From Carpediemonas membranifera BICM (Eukaryota > Protista > Fornicata): a stretch of DNA of 64,000 nucleotides. Below, one piece after another: positions 1-12,098 of the stretch. The notes below the pieces were generated by a model. The model saw only the letters and a program-made list of their open reading frames with translations, was not told where the DNA came from and did no database searches. The position numbers were made by a program, and so were the translations under genes. Where the stretch lies: positions 1,746,945-1,810,944 of the forward strand of contig JAHDYR010000012.1 in the NCBI GenBank assembly GCA_019828565.1, written 5' to 3'. Position 1 is the stretch's first letter, and each line of letters opens with the position of its first letter.

Positions 1-1607
1 CCGAAACACTCCTTCTCGGTCGTGTTCCACGAGCGTTCATGGCCCGTGAATCGTCTGCTGAAGAACGCGAGCGGTACATCCCGTCCTTCATTCTTCTGGA
101 TGAGCACCGCCCCGACGGCGATGTTCGACGCATCAGTGAATACGTGAACTGGCTCGGCTGGGTCAAAGTGAGCCAGCTGGATCCTGTTGGTGATGAGGCT
201 CTTGACTTCGCGCACGGCCGCGGCGATCTCATCGGCATCGACTTTCTCCTTGTTCGTCAGTCGCTGGATCGGGTCGACGACATCTGCGAAGCGGGGAACG
301 AAACCGCGGAGGTATCCCGTGATACCGCTGAAGTGGCGTGCCTCCTCGGCGGTGCTGGGGACTGGTAAAGCGTTCACGTCCTTAACGCGCTCGGGGTCAA
401 CGAGGATACCATTCGGGGTCAGCTGGAACCCGAGGTACTGGACGCGGTCTGAGCCGATCAACGACTTCTTCCCTGCGATACGGACGCGGTGCTCCCGGCA
501 GATGCGAAGCAGCCCGCGGAGCAGTTCGAGCAGTTGTGCTTCCGTTCCTGCGAACAACAGGACGTCATCAATGTACAGCGCACATCCTCCCTTGAGCGAC
601 TTCAGGAGTGACGCGATACGTTGCTGGAATACGACAGGGCCATTGCGGACCCCGAAAGGGAGTCTGTTAAAAACATACTCTTTCGACAGATGGGCGAAAC
701 CCGTAAGCCTCTTGGCTTCCTCAGTCAGCGGCAGTTGATAAAATCCAGACGTGAGGTCAAGCGTTGCGAAGACAGTTGCCCTTTGAGCTTGGGCGAAGAG
801 TTGCTCCGGCGTGGGCAGTGCCGCTCTCACAGGCATCGTGACAGCGTTCAGAGCTCGGTAGTCGAGCGTAGGGCGGAAGGGTGGCGTGGCTCCAGGCTTG
901 GGTATCAAGTTAAGCGGCGTGAGCCACTCAAGATGCTCAGCAGGCGAGATGACACCGAGCTCCAAGAGCTCTTCAATGATGGTCGAGGCAGCATCGCTGC
1001 GGGTCCGACTCATTGTGCGTGGCGTAGCGCGGTAAGGGGTGGCCCCCGGCATCAGCTCGATGTCATACGGCGGCAGAAGTGCTCCGCGGCGGTCAAGCGG
1101 GCCGAACACATCTGTATATTCCTCGATCAGGTGCTTGAATGCGACCGGATCTTGGAGGCAGTCACCGATTTGCGGCAAAACCGGCGGCTTCGTGTATAGC
1201 ACAGCAAGATCCTTCACGTCGGCCACGTCGTGGAGACTGACATGGGTCGGCAGGGGTGTGCCATTGGGGCGTAACTCGATGTGCAGCTTTTCGAGCAGGG
1301 AGCGTGACGCGAGCGCGTCGAAGCTGATAGCGTCGGTGAAAAGCAGTCGGCTCTCCAGGGCGACTTCGTGGAACAGCGGTCCATCGTGCAGCCAGCCAGG
1401 TGCATCTCGGCTGAGGTCGAGACGGGCGATGGCCTTGCCCGTCCCAATGCCATGCAGGGGCGTCTCCTCCCGAACTGCAGAGGGGAAATGGTGCAGGTGC
1501 CTCGTATGGACGAGGACGTCGTGGCGTAGATTGAACGTATCTAGGCCCAGGTCGAGGTCGACGCCGCCTACACGGAGACGGCAGAACCACTTGTTGCATG
1601 CAGGTGC
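1..1607 (-). pseudogene. Element A pol portion (protease-RT-RNase H), cut off from gag by insertion B
   Basis: Manual minus-strand translation: LDT protease motif near 1540, YIDD near 570, RNase H TDAS near 130. Not in the ORF track because it runs off the window. Confidence 0.9.
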
Positions 1608-1692
1608 TGTAGCGATGAGAGGAGAGAGAGGATTTATAGGGTTTGACCCGGGACACAAAATTGGATAAAACTAATCGACCCGAAGGTCTACA
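1608..1692 (-). repeat. 3' LTR of element B (85 bp)
   Basis: Exact direct repeat of 6191-6275; TG...CA termini. Confidence 0.97.
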
Positions 1693-2195
1693 CTACCCCC
1701 ATGATGTTGGTAGGCATCATCTGCGTCTGGATAGTCAGAACTTTGATCCAACCCTTAAAGTGCACGACTCTAAGTTCGAGTCATCGCTGAACGAACGTAT
1801 GAAGGGATGAAGTTGGCGAAAAACTGAAAGTGGGCTCAGTTCGTTGGCCGCCCTGGGGGAATGCGTTGGCGTAGTACCGGCTATGATCAACGTGCGTGGG
1901 CGGAGTTCTCGTCGGAACGAAAAGTTGCCGTCAGCAACTTGATGTCGCCGATCACGCTGGAACTTGTGGAATAGGCATCATATCTATAAAGGAGATCAAT
2001 CCTTGTGTATCTGCCTATATGCAGCAACGGGGCGGTTGTATCAACCAAAAGTTGGTGGGATAAAGGAAAGCTCAGCGTGATGAGAATGATACGGTAAGTC
2101 TGTGAAGATTCTGCCGTAACTCTGAAGATAACTGGCTTGTCGGCGTGGAATGAAGCAGTTTGGGAGAAATGCCTCTCGAGGCCTTTGTGTGCAGC

Positions 2196-5100
2196 TTAGT
2201 GCCGAGGGCGCTGCGACTTGCTCCGCCCCCATGCCCGGCGGGCACGCGCTAGGAGGGGTATGACCTCTGGATGTGACCCGACATAACGGTCGAGGGCTTC
2301 AAGCTGATCTAGCTCTCGGGAGAAGGGCTCATCTGTGGACTCTTCCGGCTCGTAGTTGAGCCATTTGATGGTGAGAAACAGACGATTATCGTTGTCTAAG
2401 TGATGGTCAACGATGGCTTCAACTAGGTATTCGCCGGTCTGCCGCGTGGCGTACTCCGTGACTTCATCTCGTGTGAGCTTGGTGTAGAATGGCGTCAGGC
2501 GGTCCGCGTGGACGGTGAAGGTGGCTAGGGACACCAAGTCTTGTAGTTCATACGTATTACGGATAGTTCCCGCCCCCACAACCAGCAATGGGCCTCTCAC
2601 ACGGCGATCGAGCTTGGAAGGCTTGCTGGTTGGCCATAAGAGGACATAGTCGTCGGCTTGGAAGCTCTGACCACTCTTCGGACGTCTTTCTTGCTGGGCT
2701 ACGAGCATTTCCTCCTGTATTTGCGCCCAATTGTTGATGTCGGCGCGGAATTGTTCAATCTGCGCGGCAATGTGCGGCTCACTAGCGAGCGTTGTAGGAT
2801 CCACCGGTGTGAAGTTCGCGTTAAAACAAAAGCTTCAGTGGGGACAATTTGCTGCGAGTGTTGGGTGTCGCGTTGAGGATATAGGTGACGGCCGGGATTA
2901 GGCTGGGCCACTCCGTCTTGTCTTGCCGGTTGTCGAAAAGCAGTGACCTCATATACTTAATGATCTCCGCGTTCTGGCGTTCCACTATGCCGTTGGCGGC
3001 TGGGTGGTAGGGCGGGGAGAAGCGGTGGGATAAGTCGAGACGTTCGTGGAGCTCGGCGATGGCCTGGGCTGTGAATTGAGTGGCGTTATCGGACTGTATC
3101 TCCTTAGGTCTGCCGAAATTGGCGGACCAATCGCGGATGGCAGCGGCAGCGGCGCTCGCCGAGCAAGTCACTGTGGGGTAAAGCTTAGTATACTTGCTGA
3201 AAGTGTCCACAAGGACTAGGAGATATCTCTCGCCGGTGTCGGCAACAGGGAGAGGGCCGAGCGTGTCTATCTGAATCCGCTCGAATGGAGCACTGGCGGC
3301 GGTGCGTCCCATGGATGTCTGTGCGGGCTTCGTAGGCCTTGTCAGCTGGCAGGTAGGGCAGGTGGAGATGACACGTCGAGTGTCGGCTACCATGCCTTTC
3401 CAAGTGTGGCCTGCCTCTCGGAGGTGCTCTACAACGGCCCTATATCCGACATGGCCTCCACGTCGGCCGTGGAAATGCATAATTAGCTCCTCCCGTTCGG
3501 AGGGAAGTAGCGTGACAGATAGAAGGCGACTAAGTGCGTCGGCGGCGCCGTTGTCGGCGCCGGCCACATGCACAATGTCGAAGTCGTATGTCTGAAGCTG
3601 CAGGCGCCACCTCTGGACCTTGGGTGCTGTGGCGGTGGCCATAAAGACCAGATTACGGTGGTCGGTATGCAGTGTGAAGTGGCGACCCCTGAGAAAGTGT
3701 TGTGCCTGAGCAATCGCTGATATAATAGCGAAACCTTCTTGTTCATAGGTAGACCACCTACGTTGGACGGGGGTCAGAGTCTTGGAAAAATAGGAGACGA
3801 CTTTCATCTCCGAGCCGGTCCCGGTAGTGAGCACCGCACCTATGCCTATGTCGCTGGCATCAGTAAACAGGTGAAGGGGCTGGTTTGGTTTCGGGTGGGC
3901 CAGGACCATGTTATCCAGGAGGGTCTCCTTGATCCGCTCGAGGGCTTGCTGTTGGGGGGCCTCCCAGCGCCACGCGACGCCGGATCGCGTTAGTGCTAGG
4001 ATCGGCTCAGCTGTCACAGCGAAGCTCGGTATCATCGGGCGGAAATAGTTGACGAGACCTAAGAGGCTGCGTACCTCAGAGATGTTTGAGGGGGCCTTGA
4101 GCGTGCGGATGGGTTCGAGACGATCGGTCGAGATGGATTTCCCTTCCGCGGAGACATGCCATCCGAGATAGTCGATGCTTCGGGCTGCGAGGATGGTCTT
4201 CTTGGCGTTGATCCGAAGGTTGGCGGCGTCGAGCCGTTCTAACACATCCCTCAGATTGCTGATGAACTCATCTTGGTCGTTACCGAAGACAACGATGTCA
4301 TCAATGTAGACCAGCGCTCTTATGTAGAGAGCGGGACCCAGGGCTTCCTCTAGGCATCTCTGGCAATGTATTGCGGCGTTCCGGAGGCCGAAAGGCATCC
4401 GTAAGTACTCGTATTTCTTCCCGGCAGCAACAAATGCAGTAATGGTTCTTGCTGTATCAGTGAGTGGGATTTGAAGGAAGGCCTTGGACAAGTCTATTGC
4501 AGCGAAAAACTGCTTTCCTTCCAGGGTTCCCACGAGGTCATCAATGATAGGCAGGGGGTGCTCGTCAGGTCGGGTAATCTCGTTGACCCGGCGGAAGTCA
4601 AGGCACAGTCTTATTGTCCCGTCACGCTTGGTGACGGCAACGATTGGGGAGTTGAACTGCGACTCTGAGGGTTGAATGATTCCAGTTGCCTCCTGCTCCT
4701 CAGTCTGCCGGCGAATTTCTTCGAGGACAGCGGCTGAGTAGCGGTATGGTGGGCAGTTGGTGGTCATTCCTTCCTCGAGGACAATGTCGAAGGGTGTGAC
4801 CTTGGCTGGCGTGGCTGTCAGACCGCCGAACAGCTCAGGAAAGCGCCTTTGAAGGGCCTCGACTTCTGAAGCTAGCTCGGGCACCAGGCACTGGGGCTCC
4901 TGGTTATCGTCGGTCTCTATGACGTTGAGGTCCACGTCCACCTCGCTGTCAGTGTCAGAAACGTCTGGTTCGCCCATATCAAAGCGAACGACGCCTAGCT
5001 CGTTAAGAAGTGGATAGCCAAGTACAAGTGGATGGGATAGCTGATCCAAAACTAGGAGGGGGCCAACGCCGTGAGTTGGCGCCCCGATGTCTTACAAACT

Positions 5101-6168
5101 CCAAGGTCGAGCTCCAGTATGGCTTCCTGAGCGGCTTTCATTATTTGGCCACTGCCAAACTGGACCTTGCGAGTCGTGGGCCGTACCGAGATTGGTTTGA
5201 GCTGCTCCAGGAGCTCGCGGCTAATAAAATTCGCTGTGGCGCCTGTGTCAAATAGCGCGCGGACACATGGCATCCCTGGGGTCGACACCGAGAATACGGC
5301 CTGCGGTGTCACTCTCTCTGGACCAGGCAAGGGATCTATCGTCAACAGCTCAAAATAGGATGCCCGTTTATTACGGGGCTTCTTGTCACGCTTAGCGAAA
5401 CAGTGGTCTATGTCATGGCCGACCTTGCCGCAGAAGGAACACGTAGGGCGCGGAGCCGCGGAGTGGGCGTTGGGGCCCGGGCGTTCAGCGGCGCGTAGGC
5501 GGTCCCCCTCGCGGGTGACCTGTTCCACGTGCCGAGCCTGCTCTATGGCGGCGCGGAAAGTGGCGTCTAGGTCCCGGCGATCCTGGTAGGTTAAGACGCG
5601 ATCGCGGAGGCGCTCCGGCTGGATGTGCTGCACGAAACAGCGGACGAGTTGCTTGATTGAAGGGCGAACATCGCCGCAGTTCTCAAGCTGCGTCTGATAT
5701 GCATGGACGTAACGGAGAACGTTGTCCTGAAGGGGACCACGAGAGTGGCAGGTAATCCGCTCGAAGCGGTCAAGGGCTTCTCTGCGGTCGATGGGCTGGA
5801 AGAGAACGTTGATGCGGCGTAGGATGCGCGAGGATTCGGCGTCCTCGGGGAAAACGGGAAGAGGATCAGGAATAGGTGCTTCGTCCTCGGTGTCATCATC
5901 CGTGGCGTCTTCGAAGTCTTCGTCGCTCTCATCGTCCTCCCTCAGCAACAAGGGCGTTGCGAGCGGGATCAGGAAGGGATTCTTTGAGAGCGGGGTCACG
6001 GAGAGCGAAGATTTGCCATACCGTACGGCCAATCAAGTGCTTAATAGGAATAGCACCGCCTTTGGCACGGTACGCGTAATAGTTCTCGCGGAATTCCTCC
6101 CACTCTTTCTGAGTAGTCTTGGTGAGGAAGGGGGCCATAAACAGGTCAATTGACTGGAGCTGATTCAT
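2196..6168 (-). pseudogene. Element B gag-pol (CCHC knuckle, protease, RT, RNase H, integrase, chromodomain), broken into four reading-frame segments
   Basis: ORF pieces 5929-6168, 5052-6032, 2821-5049 and 2196-2804. Motifs CSFCGKVGHDIDHC, FDTGA, YIDD, FTDAS, H-H-C-C, DDE core and YLVEAIVDH...IKWLNY. Confidence 0.93.
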
Positions 6169-6190
6169 CTTACTAGGTACCAGTAATTAC

Positions 6191-6275
6191 TGTAGCGATG
6201 AGAGGAGAGAGAGGATTTATAGGGTTTGACCCGGGACACAAAATTGGATAAAACTAATCGACCCGAAGGTCTACA
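6191..6275 (-). repeat. 5' LTR of element B (85 bp)
   Basis: Exact direct repeat of 1608-1692. Confidence 0.97.
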
Positions 6276-7615
6276 GGTGCGAAGCGGGTCCGGACTGCTT
6301 CTTCGGCGAGAAACAGTGCCTTCTGACGGGTGCGGTCGGCCGCTACATCCGCGGTCCTGGAAAGGTCGATCTTGCGGCGTTCGGCCTCAGCTCGGACCTC
6401 CCTCATCGGCTTCCAGGCCGGGTAGTGTGTCTTACACTCACGGGCGTGCGCGACAATCTGGGCGTCAGATAGCTTGTCAATGCCCTTAACGAGGTCGGGA
6501 CAGGAGTTGGTGCTGTGGTCTTTTGCAGCTGGGTGGAATGCGCAGACCTGGCGAGGAGCCTTCTTCGGCTTGGCATCCTTGGTCTCACGGTCAACCTGTG
6601 CGCTGGTTTCGGCGGGTACCTTAGCGGGCGGGGCTCTGCGCGCGTCACCCTCGGTGTCGTTGTGCTGGGTGCTCCGGGCGCTCTGGGCGGCATGGCCTTC
6701 AAATTCCCGGATTTCATCGCGGTAGCTACGAAGCTTCGCAACCAGCGCGGTTGCTCTCGACATCAGGTCGTCGAGGCAGAGACTGCCGTCGAAGTACGTT
6801 GTGGCGCCCTCACCGAACAGGCGGGTGAGAGCGAGAGGGGGGGCGTTCATGTGGGTGAGGATAATCTTAATCACGGCGGCGTTGATTTCCTCGCTCACAG
6901 CGGGTGCGGCATCGTCGCCGGTCTCGGCGAGGAGTGCGGTGTAGTTGTAGTCTCGGAGCGTCTGCTGAACTTCAGCGAGATACACGGCGGCATTGTCGAT
7001 CGAGAAGTGCTCATGGCCTTTAGGCTTGCGCGACAGTTGGCGGAGCGCCACCTGGAGCTGTTCTGCGGGCGTCGCAGAGAGTGTCCGACCGACAAGGTCC
7101 CGCAGCCTGCGGGCCTGCTCAACCAGAGCTGCCTTTTGTTGCGCTCGCGTCCCGTGCGGGAACACTGGCTTGTAAGGCTTGATGAGAAGCATGCCGCGGG
7201 CGGCCTTGAGCTCCTCCAGCTCAGCCTCGGCCTCGGCACAGGTCTCGACGGAGGCTTCGTCGGTGCGGGCCTTGAGGAGTCTAATACCCTCCTCGAGCTG
7301 ATCCATACGCTTCTTCCCTTCTTCTAAGGGGTCCTGATCGGGCTTGGGCTTCTTGAGGGTGTACGGTTCGGCTTCGGTTGATAGGAACGTCAGTAGGTCC
7401 GTGTGCGTTCGGAACTTGCGGGCGTCGGAGCCATCAAGTGGCAGATATGCGGCTTCCTTACTACGCAGCAGCGTTGTAAAGAAGTCATGATGTGCGGGCG
7501 TGAACAGGCTTGCCACAGGACACAGAACGTCCTCGGCTTGTAGGTAGTGCTGCAGCGACTCTACAAAACCATTCCAGACGGACAAGTCATCTGAATTGGG
7601 TAAGAGTGGTTTCAT
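6276..7615 (-). pseudogene. Element A gag portion
   Basis: Long ORF from ATG 7615 with CAFH...HSTNSC zinc-knuckle-like motif. It continues in frame into the protease after removal of B. Confidence 0.85.
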
Positions 7616-7637
7616 TGTTGTTGGCTCAACAAGCTTG

Positions 7638-7688
7638 TGTGGCGTTAACTGAATGAAACTTCCAGAGGTGCACTTTACGTCACTCACA
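7638..7688 (-). repeat. Putative 5' LTR of element A (about 51 bp)
   Basis: TGTG...CACA termini, followed by an 8-nt palindrome and an ATG 22 nt later, exactly as in element B. The partner LTR lies outside the window, so boundaries are uncertain by 2 nt. Confidence 0.6.
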
Positions 7689-7689
7689 C

Positions 7690-8775
7690 ATGAATGTCAG
7701 TGATATCGATGTGGACGCTTTATTTGACAGTATTGAAGACTCTTCCGATACTGAAATGCAGCAAGAAGACGAGCTTCAGCTTCATGAAACACTAGATCTT
7801 GCGGTTGTCGAAAGACTTGTCGAGGAGTCTTTATCTTCAAAATCAAGCCTTTCCTCAGCGCTTTCACTGCAAAGACGTTTGAGACAAAGTCTTTTTGCAC
7901 TGCAGGCGAGGCTCATTGGCCTGATCTCCTCCGCGATCCCAGAGTACGACCGCCTTACACCCCCCGAGCTCACCACCCGCCAGTTCGTCCATGTATGCGC
8001 CTGCTACATCAACGGCCGGGATATAGACACGCTTATAGACCAGGGAATTCTCAGTGAGCCCCAGGCAGCGCTCAGTCGTCTCGTGGTCCTCCGGGCACCC
8101 TCGACACCCGCCCCCTCACCGCTGATAGACGACATGGCACGGTTCGCAGACGCCCTGGAGAATGCTGTCATACGACTTGACGACTGGCTTGCAAGTGAGA
8201 CATTGGCTCGTTATCCCAACATTTATAATTTCCTGGCAAACCCAAGAGTTGCAAGTGTTCTTGCATCCTGCGTGCAGGACGACGAGGCGGGGCGGGTAAA
8301 CCCAGGCGACGGGTTTGCACGACGCACTACAGGCCAGATCAAGATGGTGGGGAAGGCTTATAGACTATCGCAGCGAAGAAAGCCGCAAGGTGGGGTGCTC
8401 GCCGACATTGCGGCAGACATTGTTGAGGAAAACGGTCTAGATGAAAAGAAGATGGGCAATAGGATTCTGACCAAGCTCGCTAACAAATTCAAGCTCGTGG
8501 CAGCGGTTGACATCGCGTGTACCGATCCAGAGGGAAGTTTTGGTCAGAAGACGCGCGACCAGGTTCTTAAGGCATTCGAGAACTCCCTTGCTCCAAATCA
8601 AAAGATTACTCAACGCCAGCTGAAGATAGCGATGCCCGGGGATAAGAAGAAGCACCGCGCCGGCCGCAAGTACAATGCTCGCCGGAGACGAACCCAGATG
8701 ACCGCTGTCCGCGAGCGGGCCAACCGGGTAGCCTTTGGTCAAGGATCGTCCTATGCGGCAGAGGGCATGGTGTGA
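7690..8775 (+). CDS. PRP31: Divergent U4/U6 snRNP protein Prp31 (Nop domain family)
   Basis: Nop-domain-like KLANKFKLVAAVD and Prp31 C-terminal signature KKHRAGRKY...T.VRERANRVAFG. Confidence 0.75.
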   Translation: MNVSDIDVDALFDSIEDSSDTEMQQEDELQLHETLDLAVVERLVEESLSSKSSLSSALSLQRRLRQSLFALQARLIGLISSAIPEYDRLTPPELTTRQFVHVCACYINGRDIDTLIDQGILSEPQAALSRLVVLRAPSTPAPSPLIDDMARFADALENAVIRLDDWLASETLARYPNIYNFLANPRVASVLASCVQDDEAGRVNPGDGFARRTTGQIKMVGKAYRLSQRRKPQGGVLADIAADIVEENGLDEKKMGNRILTKLANKFKLVAAVDIACTDPEGSFGQKTRDQVLKAFENSLAPNQKITQRQLKIAMPGDKKKHRAGRKYNARRRRTQMTAVRERANRVAFGQGSSYAAEGMV

Positions 8776-9072
8776 GCCCGACGATGACTGAAGCTTTGTG
8801 GCCACAGACGGTGTCAACCCTCATTGCCGTTGTTTAAACTGCACACTCCATTTACTATGTACCACAGGTTAGTCCACGAGAACGCCCTCCTCGTTGAACT
8901 GTGACCTTAAACTGCACCGTCCAATTTTTACTGTATGTGTTCAACATGAGCCCTAACAGGGGCCATAGTCAGCCTAGTCGATTACTGACACTGGATGCCG
9001 CTCAATTAGAGGCAGAATAATTTGTTGGAAAAAAAATGATCCTTTTCGCTCGGTTATTCAGTACAGTCTCAT

Positions 9073-9498
9073 ATGGCAACTAAGGAGATCGTTCTTCCCA
9101 CCGTTCCCGCCGGAAAGGAGGTGGTAGCTGTTTGCCACCTTTATGCTTCCTACAACGACACCTTCGTCCACGTTACCGATCTGTCTGGCAAGGAGACGCT
9201 TTCCCGCGTCACTGGTGGCATGATGGTGAAGGCAAACCGCGATGAGTCTTCTCCCTACGCCGCTATGCTCGCCGCCCAGAAGGTTGCTGAGCGCCTTCAG
9301 CAGCTTGGCGTTACTGCCATCCACATCAAGCTTCGCGCTACCGGTGGTGTCGGTTCCCGCTCCCCCGGCCCCGGTGCCCAGTCCGCTATCCGCGCTCTTG
9401 CTCGCACTGGCCTTAAGATCGGCCGCATCGAGGATGTTACCCCCATCCCCACCGATAGCACCCGCCGCAAGGGCTCCCGCCGTGGTCGCCGTCTTTAA
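9073..9498 (+). CDS. RPS14: 40S ribosomal protein S14 (uS11)
   Basis: [59 protein letters not shown]. Confidence 0.99.
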   Translation: MATKEIVLPTVPAGKEVVAVCHLYASYNDTFVHVTDLSGKETLSRVTGGMMVKANRDESSPYAAMLAAQKVAERLQQLGVTAIHIKLRATGGVGSRSPGPGAQSAIRALARTGLKIGRIEDVTPIPTDSTRRKGSRRGRRL

Positions 9499-9594
9499 GG
9501 TAGTAAATTACCGGTTGCTACGTTTCTTCTTTGCTTCTTTACTTTGGGACTCACACTGTCAGTCTCCATCTATCTGTCGCTCAGAACAATACAT

Positions 9595-11088
9595 ATGACG
9601 GGAAACAGCTGGTCCGACATACGACGACTGCCACCAGAGGTGCAGGAGGAGACTGACCACCAGACTGGCACCTTGGCTAAGGTGCACTTCGAATCTTCTT
9701 CCGAACGAAGAAGCCGAGTATCTTGGCAGATTCAGAGCGCGATGCTCTTTGACTTTCGGCTTTATATCGAGTACTTCGCTGATTATGGGTATATCGCCGC
9801 CGACATCATTTGCGTCGCGCTATTCTTCATATTCTGTCCGTTTATCATTGTTCGCCGCATCCGATCGCCAATGATGACGGTACATGTCCTTTGTAGTTCA
9901 TTTTACGTATTTACTGCCATTTCCGACATCATAGACCGCATCCAGGGCGACTACATCTGGCCTGAGCAGTACCCCTTTACCATCTTCTATTACTTGAGTT
10001 TTGTGGGCACAAACATGTCCGTCTTCGCCCCATTCTGCGTCCTACCGTTCTTGATCATCAGTGTCTTCCTGTCGCGACGTGGCTGGCATCTCAAGGGGCT
10101 CGACAAGTTCTTGCCCGTAATCGTCGTCGCCATCGTCGCCATCGCCATCCTCATCTCGGCCCTCATCCTCTTTGTCAGCCCCAGCAGCGGTTTCTTCGGC
10201 CCGCTGGAACGACGCGACTACGAGTCGATCATGATGGACCGTTCGTTCCAGACCGTTTCCCGCTTTGGTCGGATCAGCGTCATCCTCGCATGGGGGCTCT
10301 TGCTGATGGTCACGTACCTCGGGAACTACCCCGTGTTGAACACCCAGATGCTCCACATGTTCATCGCCGTCCTCCGTCTCATCACGCTCTTCGCATGGCC
10401 ATTTAGCACGGACCTCGCGACTGGCGAGGTCGACATCCACTACATCGGCTTCGTCTTCCGTCTCTTCATCTCCTCAACAGCCCCTGTCGCCAACGTGGTC
10501 CTGCTGGTCACGGTCCCCATTCTAGTCTTCCCCAGCACAGTGGGGGAAATCTTGACAACCACCACGGGATGCAGGGCTCTGTTCGAGTTCCTCAAACTCG
10601 AGTACTCCGAGGAGAACCTGACATTCCTGTTCGCCATCCGCCACGCCATCATCGCGGCGGGGTTCGACACGTTCTACACGCTCAAGTTCCTGAGGGAGGT
10701 CAACGCGACGTACCTCAGCGAACAGTCCGACCAGTGCGTCAACCTGCCCTCAGAGATCTCGAACCCCATCCGGATTGCCATAGACAAGGCGACCCAACCC
10801 GACGTCACCCCCGAGTTCGTCGAGGCGTTGTTCACCCCAGCCATCGCTGACGTCAGAGCCATGCTCGACGGCAGCTGCCAGCGCTTCGTCAACACTGACC
10901 AGTATGCCGCCTTCCTCCGGCACCTACAGATTGTCGAGGACCTACCCCAGGACCATAGCGTGCTGGGCATGATCCTGCAGTGGATCACGCAGCGGGACAG
11001 GACGCTGATCACGCCGCTGGTGCTGAAGCAGCTTCCAGACGAGTACGCGTGGATGGTCAAGAACTCTGGCAGCGTGGGCATGTTTTAG
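9595..11088 (+). CDS. Multi-pass (about 7TM) membrane protein with C-terminal RGS domain (start may be ATG 9742)
   Basis: Several hydrophobic segments, then RGS motifs FEFLKLEYSEENLTF, YL...CVNLP, LF..A...V..ML...C.RF. Confidence 0.8.
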   Translation: MTGNSWSDIRRLPPEVQEETDHQTGTLAKVHFESSSERRSRVSWQIQSAMLFDFRLYIEYFADYGYIAADIICVALFFIFCPFIIVRRIRSPMMTVHVLCSSFYVFTAISDIIDRIQGDYIWPEQYPFTIFYYLSFVGTNMSVFAPFCVLPFLIISVFLSRRGWHLKGLDKFLPVIVVAIVAIAILISALILFVSPSSGFFGPLERRDYESIMMDRSFQTVSRFGRISVILAWGLLLMVTYLGNYPVLNTQMLHMFIAVLRLITLFAWPFSTDLATGEVDIHYIGFVFRLFISSTAPVANVVLLVTVPILVFPSTVGEILTTTTGCRALFEFLKLEYSEENLTFLFAIRHAIIAAGFDTFYTLKFLREVNATYLSEQSDQCVNLPSEISNPIRIAIDKATQPDVTPEFVEALFTPAIADVRAMLDGSCQRFVNTDQYAAFLRHLQIVEDLPQDHSVLGMILQWITQRDRTLITPLVLKQLPDEYAWMVKNSGSVGMF

Positions 11089-12098
11089 AGGTAACATATA
11101 GCGTCACTGTCATAGTAAACCAACGGTTTGGCGGATTTCCGGACTGCCGGAGAGACCCATGTGAGTCCGGCATTATTAAGCCGTGAGACTGAGAAGCTGT
11201 GACGCGAGAGGATGACTGAGGTCCTTCGCCCCGACTCGGAGATGGCAAGATACCAACACCTAGCTGCATTGACGACGCAGACGGCCCCGATTGCTAAGTT
11301 TGTGTCGAGATACCGCGCTCGCGCTCGTTTCCTCTTCGGTGACGTCGATGCCGTTGATAAGGCCTTCGCGGTGGTCAAGCTGTCGACCAGCCTCGGGGCG
11401 AGCCAGGCAAGCGGACGGCCAACCGCGGGGCGATGATGTCCCGGTCCCTCGCCCTCGGTGGCAAGCGACTTACCCCTGCAGTTGCCAAGAGGATCGCGGC
11501 AGCCATGGTCGACCTACTCAACCAGTATGCGGCCATCCGCAGCATCGCCCGCGAGCTCACGCCGGATTGACAGGAGGCTGAGGAACCCGCTGACACTGTA
11601 AATGTACGAAGGTGACCCCGAGTGGGACCAGGCCGCGTTTCCTAAGCTGCTCGGGTGGATGAGATGACCACCAGAACCAAGCGGCGAACGTCCACAGGCT
11701 CGGGTGGGTAGTCAGGGTTACTGGGACCTAGACTCGCTTTCTCGCGCGGATTGTATGTCTAGGGTCAGCAGTGCCGATGTTCAACCCTAGGTGTCCTCGA
11801 TGAGGGCGATCCAGCGGTAACCTGCTTTGCAGTCAAAAATGCAGTTCCCACGGAGCTTTACAAGGCAGTCCTCGATGATCGTGATAGGGTGAATGAACGG
11901 CGTTGTTTGCCGGAAACAACCGGATTGGGTCGCCCCATGCCCCGTCGCCCAGGCCATTATACTGTGCCCACACCATCTCAGACGATGGTACAGCGACCCA
12001 TAACTGTCCGTAAGCCCTCATGATCTCGTTACTGGGCGTCGAACAAGAAGAAGACTCCGGAAAAATGGAGGAAATCTGGCAAAACTCCGCGACTCAAG

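Larger units (their letters stand above)
1608..6275 (-). mobile_element. Ty3/gypsy chromovirus-like LTR retrotransposon B, full length, nested in A
   Basis: Identical 85-bp LTRs (TGTAG...CTACA) at 1608-1692 and 6191-6275. 5-bp TSD GGTGC at 1603-1607 and 6276-6280. G-rich PPT (GGGGGTAG) abuts the 3' LTR. Confidence 0.97.
1..7688 (-). mobile_element. Ty3/gypsy LTR retrotransposon A (runs off window start; interrupted by nested element B)
   Basis: Removing element B and one TSD copy joins gag (7615-6276) in frame to protease (GGVDLDLGLDTF), RT (FATLDLTSGFYQ, LPFG, LYIDD) and RNase H (FTDASNIAVGAVL, WNTTEKE). The putative 5' LTR is at 7638-7688. Confidence 0.9.

Noticed and set aside
6173-6182. 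TGGTACC as a tRNA-Met-like PBS in element B
   Set aside because: It lies 8 nt from the LTR and has no TGG counterpart in A, C or D. It cannot be fully excluded without the host tRNA set.
8830-9030. Imperfect repeat TTAAACTGCAC...TTACT and an Sm-site-like AATTTGTTGG between PRP31 and RPS14, as a possible snRNA/snoRNA
   Set aside because: No recognisable U-snRNA or snoRNA box architecture could be confirmed by eye.
11100-12000. Short broken ORFs, possibly a gag remnant or upstream exons
   Set aside because: No diagnostic motifs, LTR pair or TSD.
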